Positions 49,022-59,499 of a stretch of DNA of 64,000 nucleotides are shown piece after piece. This DNA is from Guillardia theta CCMP2712. Taxonomy: Eukaryota; Protista; Cryptophyta. The stretch lies in contig NW_005434659.1 in the NCBI RefSeq assembly GCF_000315625.1, positions 280,494 to 344,493 on the forward strand, written 5' to 3'. Positions within the stretch are counted from its first letter, which is position 1, and every line of letters starts with the position of its first letter. A model generated the notes under the pieces. That model was not told the DNA's origin. It searched no databases and saw only the letters and a list, made by a program, of their open reading frames with translations. The translations under genes were made by a program, and so were the position numbers.

Positions 49022-49646
49022 TCATTTGGTAGCAGCGCTCGGCGTCGCTTCTTTGCTCTTCTTGGGTCGTTGCGTGCAGCCATCAGGCAGCCATGCTGGA
49101 GGATTCTTGTCTGCGAAGTCATTCAGTTGCATGTGCGCTGAGACACGAGCGGTAGCAAGCGAGGAATGCGATGTAAGACATTCCGGAATCATGGCAATGG
49201 CGCGATCATGGGGTAGAAGAGCCGGGAGAAGAGGGAAAGAAGAACAACGGGACCACGTTGGGGGTTGCGGCGACGGGGATGGGGGGTGAAGGGAGGAAGG
49301 AGGGAAAGGGCAGGAGAGATCAGGAAAGGAGAGAAAGGAAGGCAAAGGAGCAGGGGGGGAGAATGATGAGGTCGGAAGGGGAATCGAACCCTACCACGAA
49401 ACAATCCCCAATCTGGAACGCAGAGGGCGCAGGAAATGGCGACTCCGGCGAAGACAGCATACATGGTTATTCTGAAGCTCTCGAACCAATACCCTACAAC
49501 GAACCCTACAGCCTGCGCGAGCATATCAAGGAGAGGGATGGCAGCGATCATGCCGATGGGAGTGAAAGTACCGAGAAAGAGACGATCACGAGCTGGTAGA
49601 AGGCCTCGCAGAACCTCTGAGCCTCCATGTCTGTGTTCATGCCCAT
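49022..49646 (-). CDS. SPCS1: Signal peptidase complex subunit 1 (SPC12); 3 exons
   Basis: MGMNTDMEAQRFCEAFYQLVIVSFS|AVGFVVGYWFESFRITMYAVFAGVAISCALCVPDWGLFR|DKNPPAWLP matches the SPC12 pattern D..GQ..AE...VP.WP.Y...P..W. Confidence 0.85.
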
Positions 49647-50125
49647 GGTTGCAGGACTGAGAAACAGGATCAAACATCCTATCGCAACTTCTAGCGCACT
49701 GAGAAAGCATACACGTCCCCACCTCTCTCACGATCTATTCCCTGTACTTCCAAAATTCTTTCCTTCTCCCGCATCAATTACCATTATTTCCTTTGCCATG
49801 TTGCTATTAAAAGTTTTGTTTCTACTTTGTCTACCAAACACAGGATGGTCGAGACTTTCTTGTCTTACTTCCCACCGCCCTCAGCTCCTGGATGTACTTG
49901 CTTCAGTTCTTTCAGCGCGAGTTCGACTAGCCCTTCAAAACTTCACACCCTAGCGTTTCACTCCCTGTTATTACCCAAGAATTGATTGCAATAGTTTGTT
50001 GCCTATCTTATGATCCTCAATGTAATGGATTGTTGACCATCTTACATCATCATCGCTCTTCCTCTCGCTCTCTCTGCCCGCTTTGTCTATCTTATAATCC
50101 CTCATCGCTCTTCTTCTTCCTGTCG

Positions 50126-50315
<190 letters not shown>

Positions 50316-50749
50316 GCTCCCTTTGTCTATCTTACATCCTCGTCGCTCTTCCTCTCTCTCTTTCCCTCTCCTCACGTTCTCCCCTGACCATCCCCGCTTC
50401 ATCTGCCATGGCCTCCGCGCGCGTGTCCTACCTGAAATAGCTTGAGCTCAAATCATTTCCATCATTTCAATCATCCAGCTAATTGAGATATTTGCTGGCT
50501 CGGCCGGCCGGCTCGGACACGGCGGCCCGGCCCGCACCGTACCCCGGCGGCCGGTCCCGAGTCCGGCGATCCCGCCGGTCCGGGCCCGAGCCCTGGCACC
50601 CGGTTAGCCTGCAGTCCGGGACTCCGGGCGGACTCGCCGGCGGCGCCGAGCGGCCTGTCTTCGCTGACTAGTATCCCGGACGAGTGACAGTGAGCCGGAG
50701 TCCGATCGGCCGCCCGGGCAGCAACTTTCAGTTTACGGAAGTACTGCAG

Positions 50750-50872
50750 CCTTTTACTCAAAGTTAAAATACGGCGGCGGGGCCACAGGCCATGGTCGTG
50801 ACGGCGGCGAGAAGCCTGAGAAAAGACAGCGAGAACCAACCCTCATACTGCCGAATGCTGTCCCCCAAACTA
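50750..50872 (-). mobile_element. Degenerate copy of the MITE-like element arm, embedded in a CpG-rich block
   Basis: CCTTTTACTCAAAGTTAA...CGGCGAGAAG[CCTG]AGAAAAGACAGCGAGAACC...TGCTGTCCCCCAAACTA is collinear with 4118-4207. Confidence 0.7.
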
Positions 50873-51158
50873 GTTAACAAGTTCACTTTCAGTGACTCGT
50901 AACAGTGACCGGGCCGCCGAGCGATCATCCCGGCCGGGCCGCCGGGCGCCGCACCGCCGGGCCGCCGCCGCAGCAACTTACTGTAGGCCTCTGCTAGCCT
51001 GCCTCTGCTGTACCGCCGCCGCATACTGATTGGCCGGCTGCTGCCTAGGAACTTCGGAACAAGTTTGGAACTTCAAGTTCGGAAGCCTCGGAACGCGTTG
51101 GGAGTCCGCATCCGGCCGGGGCCAGTGGCTGCCACAGCTGCCCCGGCAGGCCGCAGGC

Positions 51159-52972
51159 CTATCCTTGGAAGATATCATAATGTCGTGCTATCTTCGTCTC
51201 AAAGTATCTCTTCCTGTAGCTCCAGCAGCAGGCAAGCAACCCAGCGTTTCCAAAGAGCGAAAGGAAAAAGAGAAGGAGGATGGAAAGAAAGGCAGGATGC
51301 TGATCTCCATTTTCTTCCACCAGCTCTGTCGCTTTCTCCGCCCCCTTCATCACACACTTGTCCACACTGAGCGAGCGTCCGTTGGGCATTGGCTGGAGCA
51401 TGAAGAGGTGGAGAAAGAAGCGGTCATCCTCCCTGGAGAACTTTCCTTGGAAGCCCAAATCGAAGGCCCACTGCGATAAAAGTAAGGAAGGATTGATGCC
51501 AAGAAGAGGAAGAAAGGGAAGCTGATGTCGGATACGCTGGATGAGAGGGGTGGAAGGAGAGGGGAAGCAGGACGGAAAGTTGACGGGAACACGAGAGCGT
51601 CCCACGAGGCAAGAGGGAGGAGAGAAGAGGTCAGGTTGGTTAGATGAGAATGGATGAAGGAGAAGGAATGAGGGAATGGCAAGGGGAGCAAATGGTGGAG
51701 GGGAGAGGCATGAGGAAGGGCAGGTGGGAATCAGCCAAGACAGCAAAGAACATGAGGAGAGGAATGTTTCCAGCTAGAGAGGTATTGTATGTGCAGGGAG
51801 ACGAGAGCTAACGGAGGAGAAGTGGCTCGGATATCTACCTGCAACCCATTGCAGCTGGAGAAGAATTGGACGCAGTCCACCGCATCGGACACTAAGCTCC
51901 TATCGATCAGCCGTGTTAACACCATGTCCTGCAAGCTCCAACCCAGCCCCAGGGATGTCCCAAGTTGGAAGACGGAGATGTTCGACGGGCACGCGGGAGA
52001 AGACCTATCCTCCAGCAGCTCGAACTTCCCGCTGAGACTCCCTGTCGTGAAGCGCGAGAAGAAATTATCGTCTTTGGGGGACAACGCTTTCCTACCCTTC
52101 CCGTAACAGTTGCCAGACGTGCAGGAAGCGAATTTTTCCACACACACCAACTTCTCTTCTCCGATCTTGCACTGGCTGCTACTGTCACGTTGATCACTGC
52201 TGCAGACTGTCACGTTCTCCCGCATGATCACAGTCTGTCGCAAGACTGCAGGTTGGTCGTCGTATCCCAGCACGTTGCCAAACACCACCAGGTCCAACTC
52301 TTGATGGAGGAGGTCAGGACGAAAGTAGGAGACGTTAAGATCTGAGGCAGCCCCTGTCCACCTTGCTCCTCCCATCACACTTGCACAACGGTCAAGACTC
52401 AATCTCATGGGCCCTCTCTCCCCTTTCCAGCATGAGTCCTCCGTTGCCGTAAGCGAGACCTCAACGCTCCCCAGTTCATCCGTCGAGCTGACCTCCGTTC
52501 GTTCAACATATTTGCACCCCTCCTTCACGCAGTCGCAGTTCTGCTTGTTCCAGCACTTGCACTCGACTGCCATGTTGCCATCGTAGTTGCCAGTCACATC
52601 GGGGATGCCAGAAGTGTCCCCCGAGAGGGAGAGGATGGGGCGGGTGTTGCCCACTGTCTTCATCGTCTTCTCCACTTCTGTATTTCTCATCTGCATCTTC
52701 TTGGACGCGATATATCTTCCTTCTCCACTACTTCGCACACTCTCGTGAGCTTGCAGCTTTCCCCCTTGCACCCGCGCATCATGGCGCTTTCCCACTGCAT
52801 GGTGCGGACTAGTGAAGGAGGCGTGTTGTGTATGATGGTCCTTAGAAGCGTGCAAAGATGGGAGAGACGTTCTCTCGTCTCTCTTCTCCTGCATTCTCAC
52901 ACTCTGGGCCACCAAAATCACCGCCGCCATCACCGCAAACCTCAGCCGATTCCCCATCGCGCTTCCGCCCAT
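51159..52972 (-). CDS. Cys-rich type I membrane protein (signal peptide, C-terminal TM); 2 exons
   Basis: RLRFAVMAAVILVAQS signal; long ORF to FFSSCNGLQ, intron, then WAFDLGFQG...AFLSILLLFFLSLFGNAGLLACCW (TM) YRKR. Confidence 0.65.
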
Positions 52973-53314
52973 TTCCTCCAGCCACAGTCTAGGAGTACGG
53001 GGTGAGGGTACCGTACCACATGTAGGGTTGTATGTCAATTATAAGGGGTACTTTTGGCCTTATTTAAGAGATTGATGGTGGGGTACTTCATGAACTGTAG
53101 GGGTACTAAATTGATTCCAGAATACTTGAGGGTGGTGGGTTGCAAGGGGTTCCTTGCTGCAACGAGTACCGATGTCTCGAATTTGAGTAAAATGTCAAGT
53201 CGTACTGAATAATTTAGTGAATATAATGACTAATGTATTGAGTTCTGTTGTTGTGTTGAGATGCTTCAAATTCGAACGATGCTGTATGAACATAGCGAAG
53301 CGAAGGAGAAGAGT

Positions 53315-53505
53315 CGGGAGGGAGGGAGGGAGGGAGGCGGGGGGAAGAAGACAGAGAGGGAGAGGGAGAAAGAGAGGCAGAGGCAAAGGAAGAGGAAGAG
53401 GCAGAGGCAGAGGCAGAGGCAGAGGCACAAAGTGACAGGGACAGACGATGAAAGAAACAGAAACAGAAACTGAAACAGAAACAGAACTAGAAGCAGAGGC
53501 AGACG
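53315..53505 (+). repeat. Compound purine-rich SSR: (GGGA)n, (GGCAGA)n, (AACAGA)n
   Basis: Read directly. Confidence 0.85.
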
Positions 53506-53731
53506 CAGAGTACGAATAAAGGTTTCAGGGTACGCAAAGTGTGGAAAAGGAGAGACAGAGCGAAATAAGCAAGATATAGGAGGCAGTGAAGGAAGCCATG
53601 GTTATCAGCGCATGAGACTGGAAAGCATTGCAACGCACCTTATTTCTTCTCTTGTTGTCACCAAATAATAGATGCTCCAACAAATTCGGTGTTTGCTCTC
53701 TTGATATTTGTTGCTCAGGTCCTGTACCTTC

Positions 53732-54129
53732 ATGTCAGCAGGGTTGACTTTGCAGCAACATAATCACTACAGAAATCTGGTGTATCGTGGAAAAGAGTCC
53801 AAGAAGCCTCAAAAGATCGTTTTCCTTTCCTCCTCCCTGACGACGACTAGGGTTCAGAGGGTCAGCAGCTTTAGGTTGAAGAATCTTCTGGAATCCAAGA
53901 GAGTCACCTACCATCACGTCGACCTAGCCGTGAGTCACAAGCATGGTCCGATCATCCACGCTGACCGAGCATGCAGATCGAAGATCGCGCGGATGAGTTT
54001 GCTAGGCTGATCGGAACTCGCGCCCTTCCCCTCCTCCTCATTGACGACAAGGTTCTTGGAGGAGAAGAGGAGGTGCAGTTCTTGGAAGACATGGGGGAGC
54101 TCGATGCGAAACTTGGGATAGACAGATGA
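53732..54129 (+). CDS. SH3BGR-like / glutaredoxin-fold protein; one intron
   Basis: IVFLSSSLTTTRVQ...LKNLLESKRVTYHHVDLA|IEDRADEFARLIGTRALPLLLIDDKVLGGEEEVQFLEDMGELDAKLG. No CxxC. Start tentative. Confidence 0.75.
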
Positions 54130-55025
54130 GAGGAGGGGACACCACAATAACATGAGGAAGAGTAACCGTCTGATAGAGCGTTGAAGCGACAGCCATGAAT
54201 GTCAGCATGATAGAGAATGCCACTTCTTGCTCACTCCGCCGGGGAGTTGGGAGGTTCGATGTTGCTGAGGATAAGAGACTCCCTTCCCTCATCCCTGTAA
54301 TTCAATGATTGTTGCCAGAGCTTTGTGCTATTGGACAAAGAGAATTTTCACAACGGTGCGGGAACTTCATGCTTGATTCGACTGGAAAGAGTCAAACGTC
54401 AAGTCCAACTACTCATGATCTATCTGCATGGGCCTACGCGGGTCCGTAGAGACCAGGTAGAAGGTGAGACTGGGTCTCGAGATGGGCTTCCCAGTCCGGT
54501 TGTTGGGCCTGACGAATTCGGTACACATTCAGGCCCATGGAATGAGTGTGTGTTCAGGATAAAGAGGAGAGAACGACAATCTACAGTGATCGCTCATTTT
54601 CTCGGATACGTCTCGATGTGTTCGGAACGTCTCACTGCTTGAGACGCCATGCATGTTCATCTTGTCCAACTTTTCACCCTAGCATCACCTTGTTGAACGT
54701 CAACTCCGGCCCGGACATGCCCCAGGCATATCCCGGCATTTCCATCCATCATCGTAGATAGTCATGTGAGCCGACGGGCATGAGGCGTTGGAGCCCGCTG
54801 CTCTGCCTCCTCGCAGGCAAGGGGGATGCAAATGGGGCAGTGGCACATTAGAAAGAAGTTGAGGAGGACGAGACCCGGGTTACCTGGTGTGAAGAAACGT
54901 GCTGGAGGGCCGACGCTCCTCCATCATATGCAATGACTTACAGCACCTCAGATATCTGTCGAGATCGTAGAAGCAGCATCGAAGCAGTTCTTGGCTTGCT
55001 GCTTTCCTAAGATCAGAAAAAAATA

Positions 55026-55100
55026 TATGCCGCAGCTCAGATTCTTCTACCTTCATCTCTGCTTTCCTGATAAAGGTAGAAGACTCTGAACTGCGGCATA
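55026..55100. repeat. 32-bp inverted repeat with 11-nt loop (hairpin)
   Basis: 55026-55057 pairs with 55069-55100 with 3 mismatches. Confidence 0.85.
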
Positions 55101-55466
55101 CATTTCCATGCCTGGTGGCATACTTACACCCTTAGCCGAGAAAACACAGCAAAAGCATGGCAGCAGGTTTTGACAAGGGTACTGGAAGAGATCGGAGCTC
55201 CTTTAGTTTGCGTTTCCGTGATCCTTTTCGGCTAATCGTGACCTTTTCAGCTGTATGATGATGCCAGCGCAGTCATCAAGGGCAGAGGATGCCTGCGCTG
55301 GAGTTCAGAGCTACCAAGAGCAAGATCGTCTCATTGCTGAAGTGGAAGGAGATTTGTTGTGATGAGATGCAGGAGGACCGTGTCACAGGTTGATTGTTGT
55401 TTATCTATGTACAGTAAACTAAATGTCCCAAATGCCCCCTCTTCTCCCTAGTTCTGTCTGACTTCC

Positions 55467-55619
55467 TCATGTCGTCTTCGTCGCCTTCTGCCTCGCCTGC
55501 TGTATACTCGACAGCAGCATGCCTGACGGCCCGCTGCATCGCACCACCAGGGGCTTCTTGAGGACGAGGGACTCGCTCTTGACAGTGATGTAGAACATTC
55601 TTGGCGGCTTCGTTGGCAT
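55467..55619 (-). CDS. Putative 50-aa microprotein, copy 1 (may be a terminal exon)
   Basis: 129-bp near-identical duplicate of 57014-57142, with frame and stop conserved. Confidence 0.45.
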   Translation of the reverse strand: MPTKPPRMFYITVKSESLVLKKPLVVRCSGPSGMLLSSIQQARQKATKTT

Positions 55620-56215
55620 CTGCTTCAGGTTATAGTTGACGTTACACGATCTATTCATGCTGTTCAGGTTTTGATGGAGGACCACGAAGAGAGGAGGAAG
55701 GATTGGGTCGAGCTTGTGTGGAGAGGAGGAAGGAGGGAGTTCAGGAGAGTCTGTGTGGTTGAACAAGTCAAAGGTTTCCTGAAAGTGACAAGCTCAGGAG
55801 GGAACGTGGGAGGAGCAGGGAGTTAAGATGAGTCGCAGGAGAAAGGGATTGGGACAAAGAGGAAAGGGAGGAAGGGGGCGGGGAGGGCTGCTGGTGCAGG
55901 AGGTGCTTCTTCTGCTTCTTATAGTAGCGATGCGATGAGGTCGCAAGAGATCTCGAGGTGGAATAAGAGTTCGCCTGCTGACGGGGGTTACACCCCGATG
56001 CTCCGAAAGGTGCACTATTGGCGGCTCGCCCGACCGACTCCGGGAACTCGGAACACTGGTACAAACTTTAGGTACAAACTCGGCCATGCCGGCTGCCCTG
56101 AGGGTCTCCTTTTACTCAAAGGGTCAGTGAGTGTCAGTGACCCGCCGGCCGCCGCTGAGCAGACGGTGCGACCGTACGTGGTAGTAAACTTCGTCAGCCG
56201 GATGAATCTTCTCTT

Positions 56216-56494
56216 TACTCAAAGTTAAGTTAAAGATCAGTACGAGGACAATCAGGAGAGGAATACTACACACAACTTGATCATAACTAATGAATGAAGA
56301 GTTTTACTTCGACACTTTGTCACATCCTTTTGGCGATTTCTTTTCTTCGAGACAGCAGTAGGCAGGATCAGGGTTGGTACTCGCTGTCTTTTTTCTTTCA
56401 TTCTCGCTGTATGCCTGCCAGTGCGACAGTGTCAGGGTCAAGCCTCCTCTACTCTCCTGATTGTCCTCGTACTGGTTCAACTTAACTTTGAGTA
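56216..56494. mobile_element. Complete ~280-bp non-autonomous TIR element (MITE-like)
   Basis: TIRs at 56216-56260 (TACTCAAAGTTAAGTTAAAGATCAGTACGAGGACAATCAGGAGAG) and 56452-56494. No coding capacity; arms recur at 3 other loci. Confidence 0.8.
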
Positions 56495-57018
56495 GCTTCA
56501 AGCGCGGGTGTGTCAAAAACGGACCCTCCTACCTTCCTCGTCACTTCTGACGAACCTAGTGGCTGGTTGCGAGTACTTTCCTTTCGTTGCCAAGTTGAAC
56601 TCTGATCAGACTGCAAGTGACTGGCTCAGATGCGTGGGCATCGGTCCAATCCGATCGTGCATCGCACGGTACGATTCTCTCTTTCGATGTCAATTCAGCG
56701 CTTCACCAAATAATAGGCGCTCGATGGAATTCATGCGAGCTCTTTCCTCGCTCTGCTCAGTTTGCTCGAGGATAGAAGCCTTCATCGATTTGACGTTGCA
56801 GTTCTTCGTTTCAGGGCATCGAAGTGTGCAATCATGAATGTGCGACTGCAAACTAATGTTGCAAAGACATCATGCAAAAAATAAAAAAACAAAAACAACA
56901 ATCGAACTTTATTCTTTTCTTCTCGTTAACACAACATCGAATCGAGCTGCTATTGTACATTGATTTTTCCTTCTCCTCCTTCTGCTAATTTTACACTTTC
57001 TGCCACAGTATGGCTTCC

Positions 57019-57165
57019 TCATGTCGTCTTCGTCGCCTTCTGCCTCGCCTGCTGTATTCTCGACAGCAGCATGCCTGACGGCCCGCTGCATCGCACCATC
57101 AAGGGCTTCTTGAGGACGAGGGACTCGTTCTCGAGGGTGATGATGAAAACTTTGGTGTTCTGCAT
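57019..57165 (-). CDS. Putative 48-aa microprotein, copy 2
   Basis: MQNTKVFIITLENESLVLKKPLMVRCSGPSGMLLSRIQQARQKATKTT, paralogue of 55467-55619. Confidence 0.45.
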   Translation of the reverse strand: MQNTKVFIITLENESLVLKKPLMVRCSGPSGMLLSRIQQARQKATKTT

Positions 57166-57599
57166 GGGATCTTGGCCAGTAATTCTTCGTGTTCTGCTGT
57201 GTGTGTGTGTGTGTAGAGCGTGGTAAAGCACTTTGGTGACGCAGGGCGATCCTGGACTGAACTGATATAGCCGGGAGGGGCTGACTGACTGTTTGGTCCC
57301 GAAAAGAAGGGATTTCGAGGGATTAGAGCTTTGACTATCAAATGCGACTAGTACAACTTCGTACTCTTGAAGGGGCGGGAGACAAACGAAGGGGTGGGGT
57401 CCCCGAAGTTGAAATGTATCCCTCGAAGGGTGGGGTCTATTCACGAAAACCGGAGCGGTGGTTTTAGAGGGATCATCAGTATTCCGCCCGGCATGACGGG
57501 TGGGGCGATACTGGCGGTTGAGCGCCTCCCAACTCTATAGGTATTTCTGCTTCTAGCTGTCATTTTACCTCAGGCTCAGTCATTTTACTACAGTGGTTT

Positions 57600-59445
57600 A
57601 CTCCTCGCGGCGCAAGTTGAACTCCGAAGACACGAAGTACCGTACCCTGACCGTCACGCCGCGTAGCACCGTACTGGCAGCGCCGGGCCGGGGCCGCCCG
57701 GCCGGCCCGGGCCTCCTCCCCGGGCCCCGCCGGGGCCTCCGGCCCCGGGGCCTGCCGCGGCAGTGCGGCGGGCCCAGTGGCGGGCCCGCGGCCTGGCCGC
57801 CGGGGCGGGCCACGCCATAAGTTAACGCTGGTTACTTAGTTCAACAGTGATCATCGAATCGGACCCGGCTGACACTGTCTTACCGTCGGCGCCGGCCTGC
57901 TGTCACGGTCAGTGTCGCCTGGCCGCGACCCGGCGTACGGTCCGAGTCCGGGCCGATCGGACTCCGAGGCTCCGCCGCCGCGGGATCGCCGATCCGCCGC
58001 GGCGGACCGTACCGCGGCGGACCGTGACTGGCCCGGGGCAGCCGCCCGGCCCGGCCCACGGTACGGCACGGTCACTCACCGGGACGGTGAGTCAGCGGCC
58101 ACCCCTTGAACCCGGGAGTAACTGAGCCTGACTCTGAACTCAGTGACCCGGTACTACTGACCGGGCCCGGCCGGGTACTCAGCGGCTAATACTTGAAGGC
58201 TAGTAGCTACCGTAGACGCGCGGCGGCCGCGCGAGGCTGCCGCCGCTGACGGCCCGGCGGTCCGATCGGACGGTCAGCCGCCCGGCGTGACCGCCGGGCC
58301 GCCGGAAGTGACCGTACGTGACTCGTGAAGTCAAGTTCGTCGCCCGCGGGCGCGCCGCGGGCGCCGGCCCGGCCGGCGGCGGGCCGCGCCGGGTGACTCG
58401 CCAGCGGACTCAGCGGCGACGTTCATGATCATCGGATACCGGCCGGGCGCCGCCCGTCGGACAGTCGCCGGCCCTCGGATAGGCTACCGTACCGTTTTCA
58501 TAATCCGACAGCGGCGTACTACCGTACCGTACTACGGCGGCGTACCGTAGTACGGCAGCCGGGCCGCCGCGCACGGATGATCGGATGGCGGCGCGGCCCG
58601 GCGGGCCGGGGCGGCGGGCGGCCGCGCCGCCCCGGCGGCCCCCGCGACCGGGGGCGAGTCCGCCGCCGGGAAGGCTTGGAATGCCAGGTCGGGAGCCTCC
58701 GTCCGACGGTCAGCCTGGCTCTCAGTCTCCGGGCAGAACTTAGGGCGGCTCAGAGCCGGCCTGGCAGTCTTGAAACCTAATGATGGCCGCCGTCCTGCCG
58801 CAGCCGCTGGAATGCGCACGGCGCAGTGTCACAGTGTGCCGAGTCCAACCGTTGAACCGGGCCTCCAAACTCAGTACTGAACTGACCCGATGCCTTCACA
58901 CCCTCCAGTATCCCGGATGATCCGAGACGGTCAGGGCCCGGCCGTCAGGCTCGGAGCCTGGAGTGCGGCCAGTGCCCACCGTCACGGGCGGCCGCGGCGT
59001 TGTTACTGAGCTGCCACCGAGCGGCGGCCGCCGCAGGGGATCGGACAGATACAGTGACTCTGACGCCGGTAGTGACTAGCCGGGCTCAGTTAGTACCGTG
59101 CCACCGTGGCGTCAGTTCGAACTTGCATACAGACCGTCGACCGGCCCGGTTCCTGGCAGTCCTGAGTTCCGTTCCCGGGCCCGGCGAGTGGAAGTTGCCA
59201 TGATCATTGGCCGGGCCCCGGGCAGGCCCCGGCCGGGCCGCGCCGGGCCGCCGGGCGCCGGTCCGAGTGTGATCGGATCACGGTCTGTCACGGTCGACCG
59301 CCGCGCCGGGCCGGCCCGGGCCCACGGCACTGTGACGGTACGGTCCGGCGGAGCCTCCGAGGAGTCCGATACTAGGTCTCACCGGACGGAGCGTCGGACG
59401 TGCGGCCGTCTGTCGACTCACGAGGCTCTGAACCGTTGAACGCGG
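57600..59445. repeat. CpG-rich low-complexity block built from short palindromic words
   Basis: Dense CCGG, CGGCCG, GTAC, GATC, GTCAC/GTGAC and CTCAG/CTGAG words, with micro-duplications. No credible ORF. Confidence 0.7.
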
Positions 59446-59499
59446 CACCTTCGCGGCGATTGAAGGAGATCGGTTTTAAATGTTTTTTTTCAAGTCCTA

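Noticed and set aside
54130-55000. Possible minus-strand gene convergent with the SH3BGR-like gene
   Set aside because: Frames are interrupted by stops that I could not resolve with canonical introns.
57593-59439. Pro/Gly/Arg-rich ORFs in the GC block
   Set aside because: They arise from stop-codon scarcity in GC-rich low-complexity DNA; most have non-ATG starts and none has a recognisable domain.
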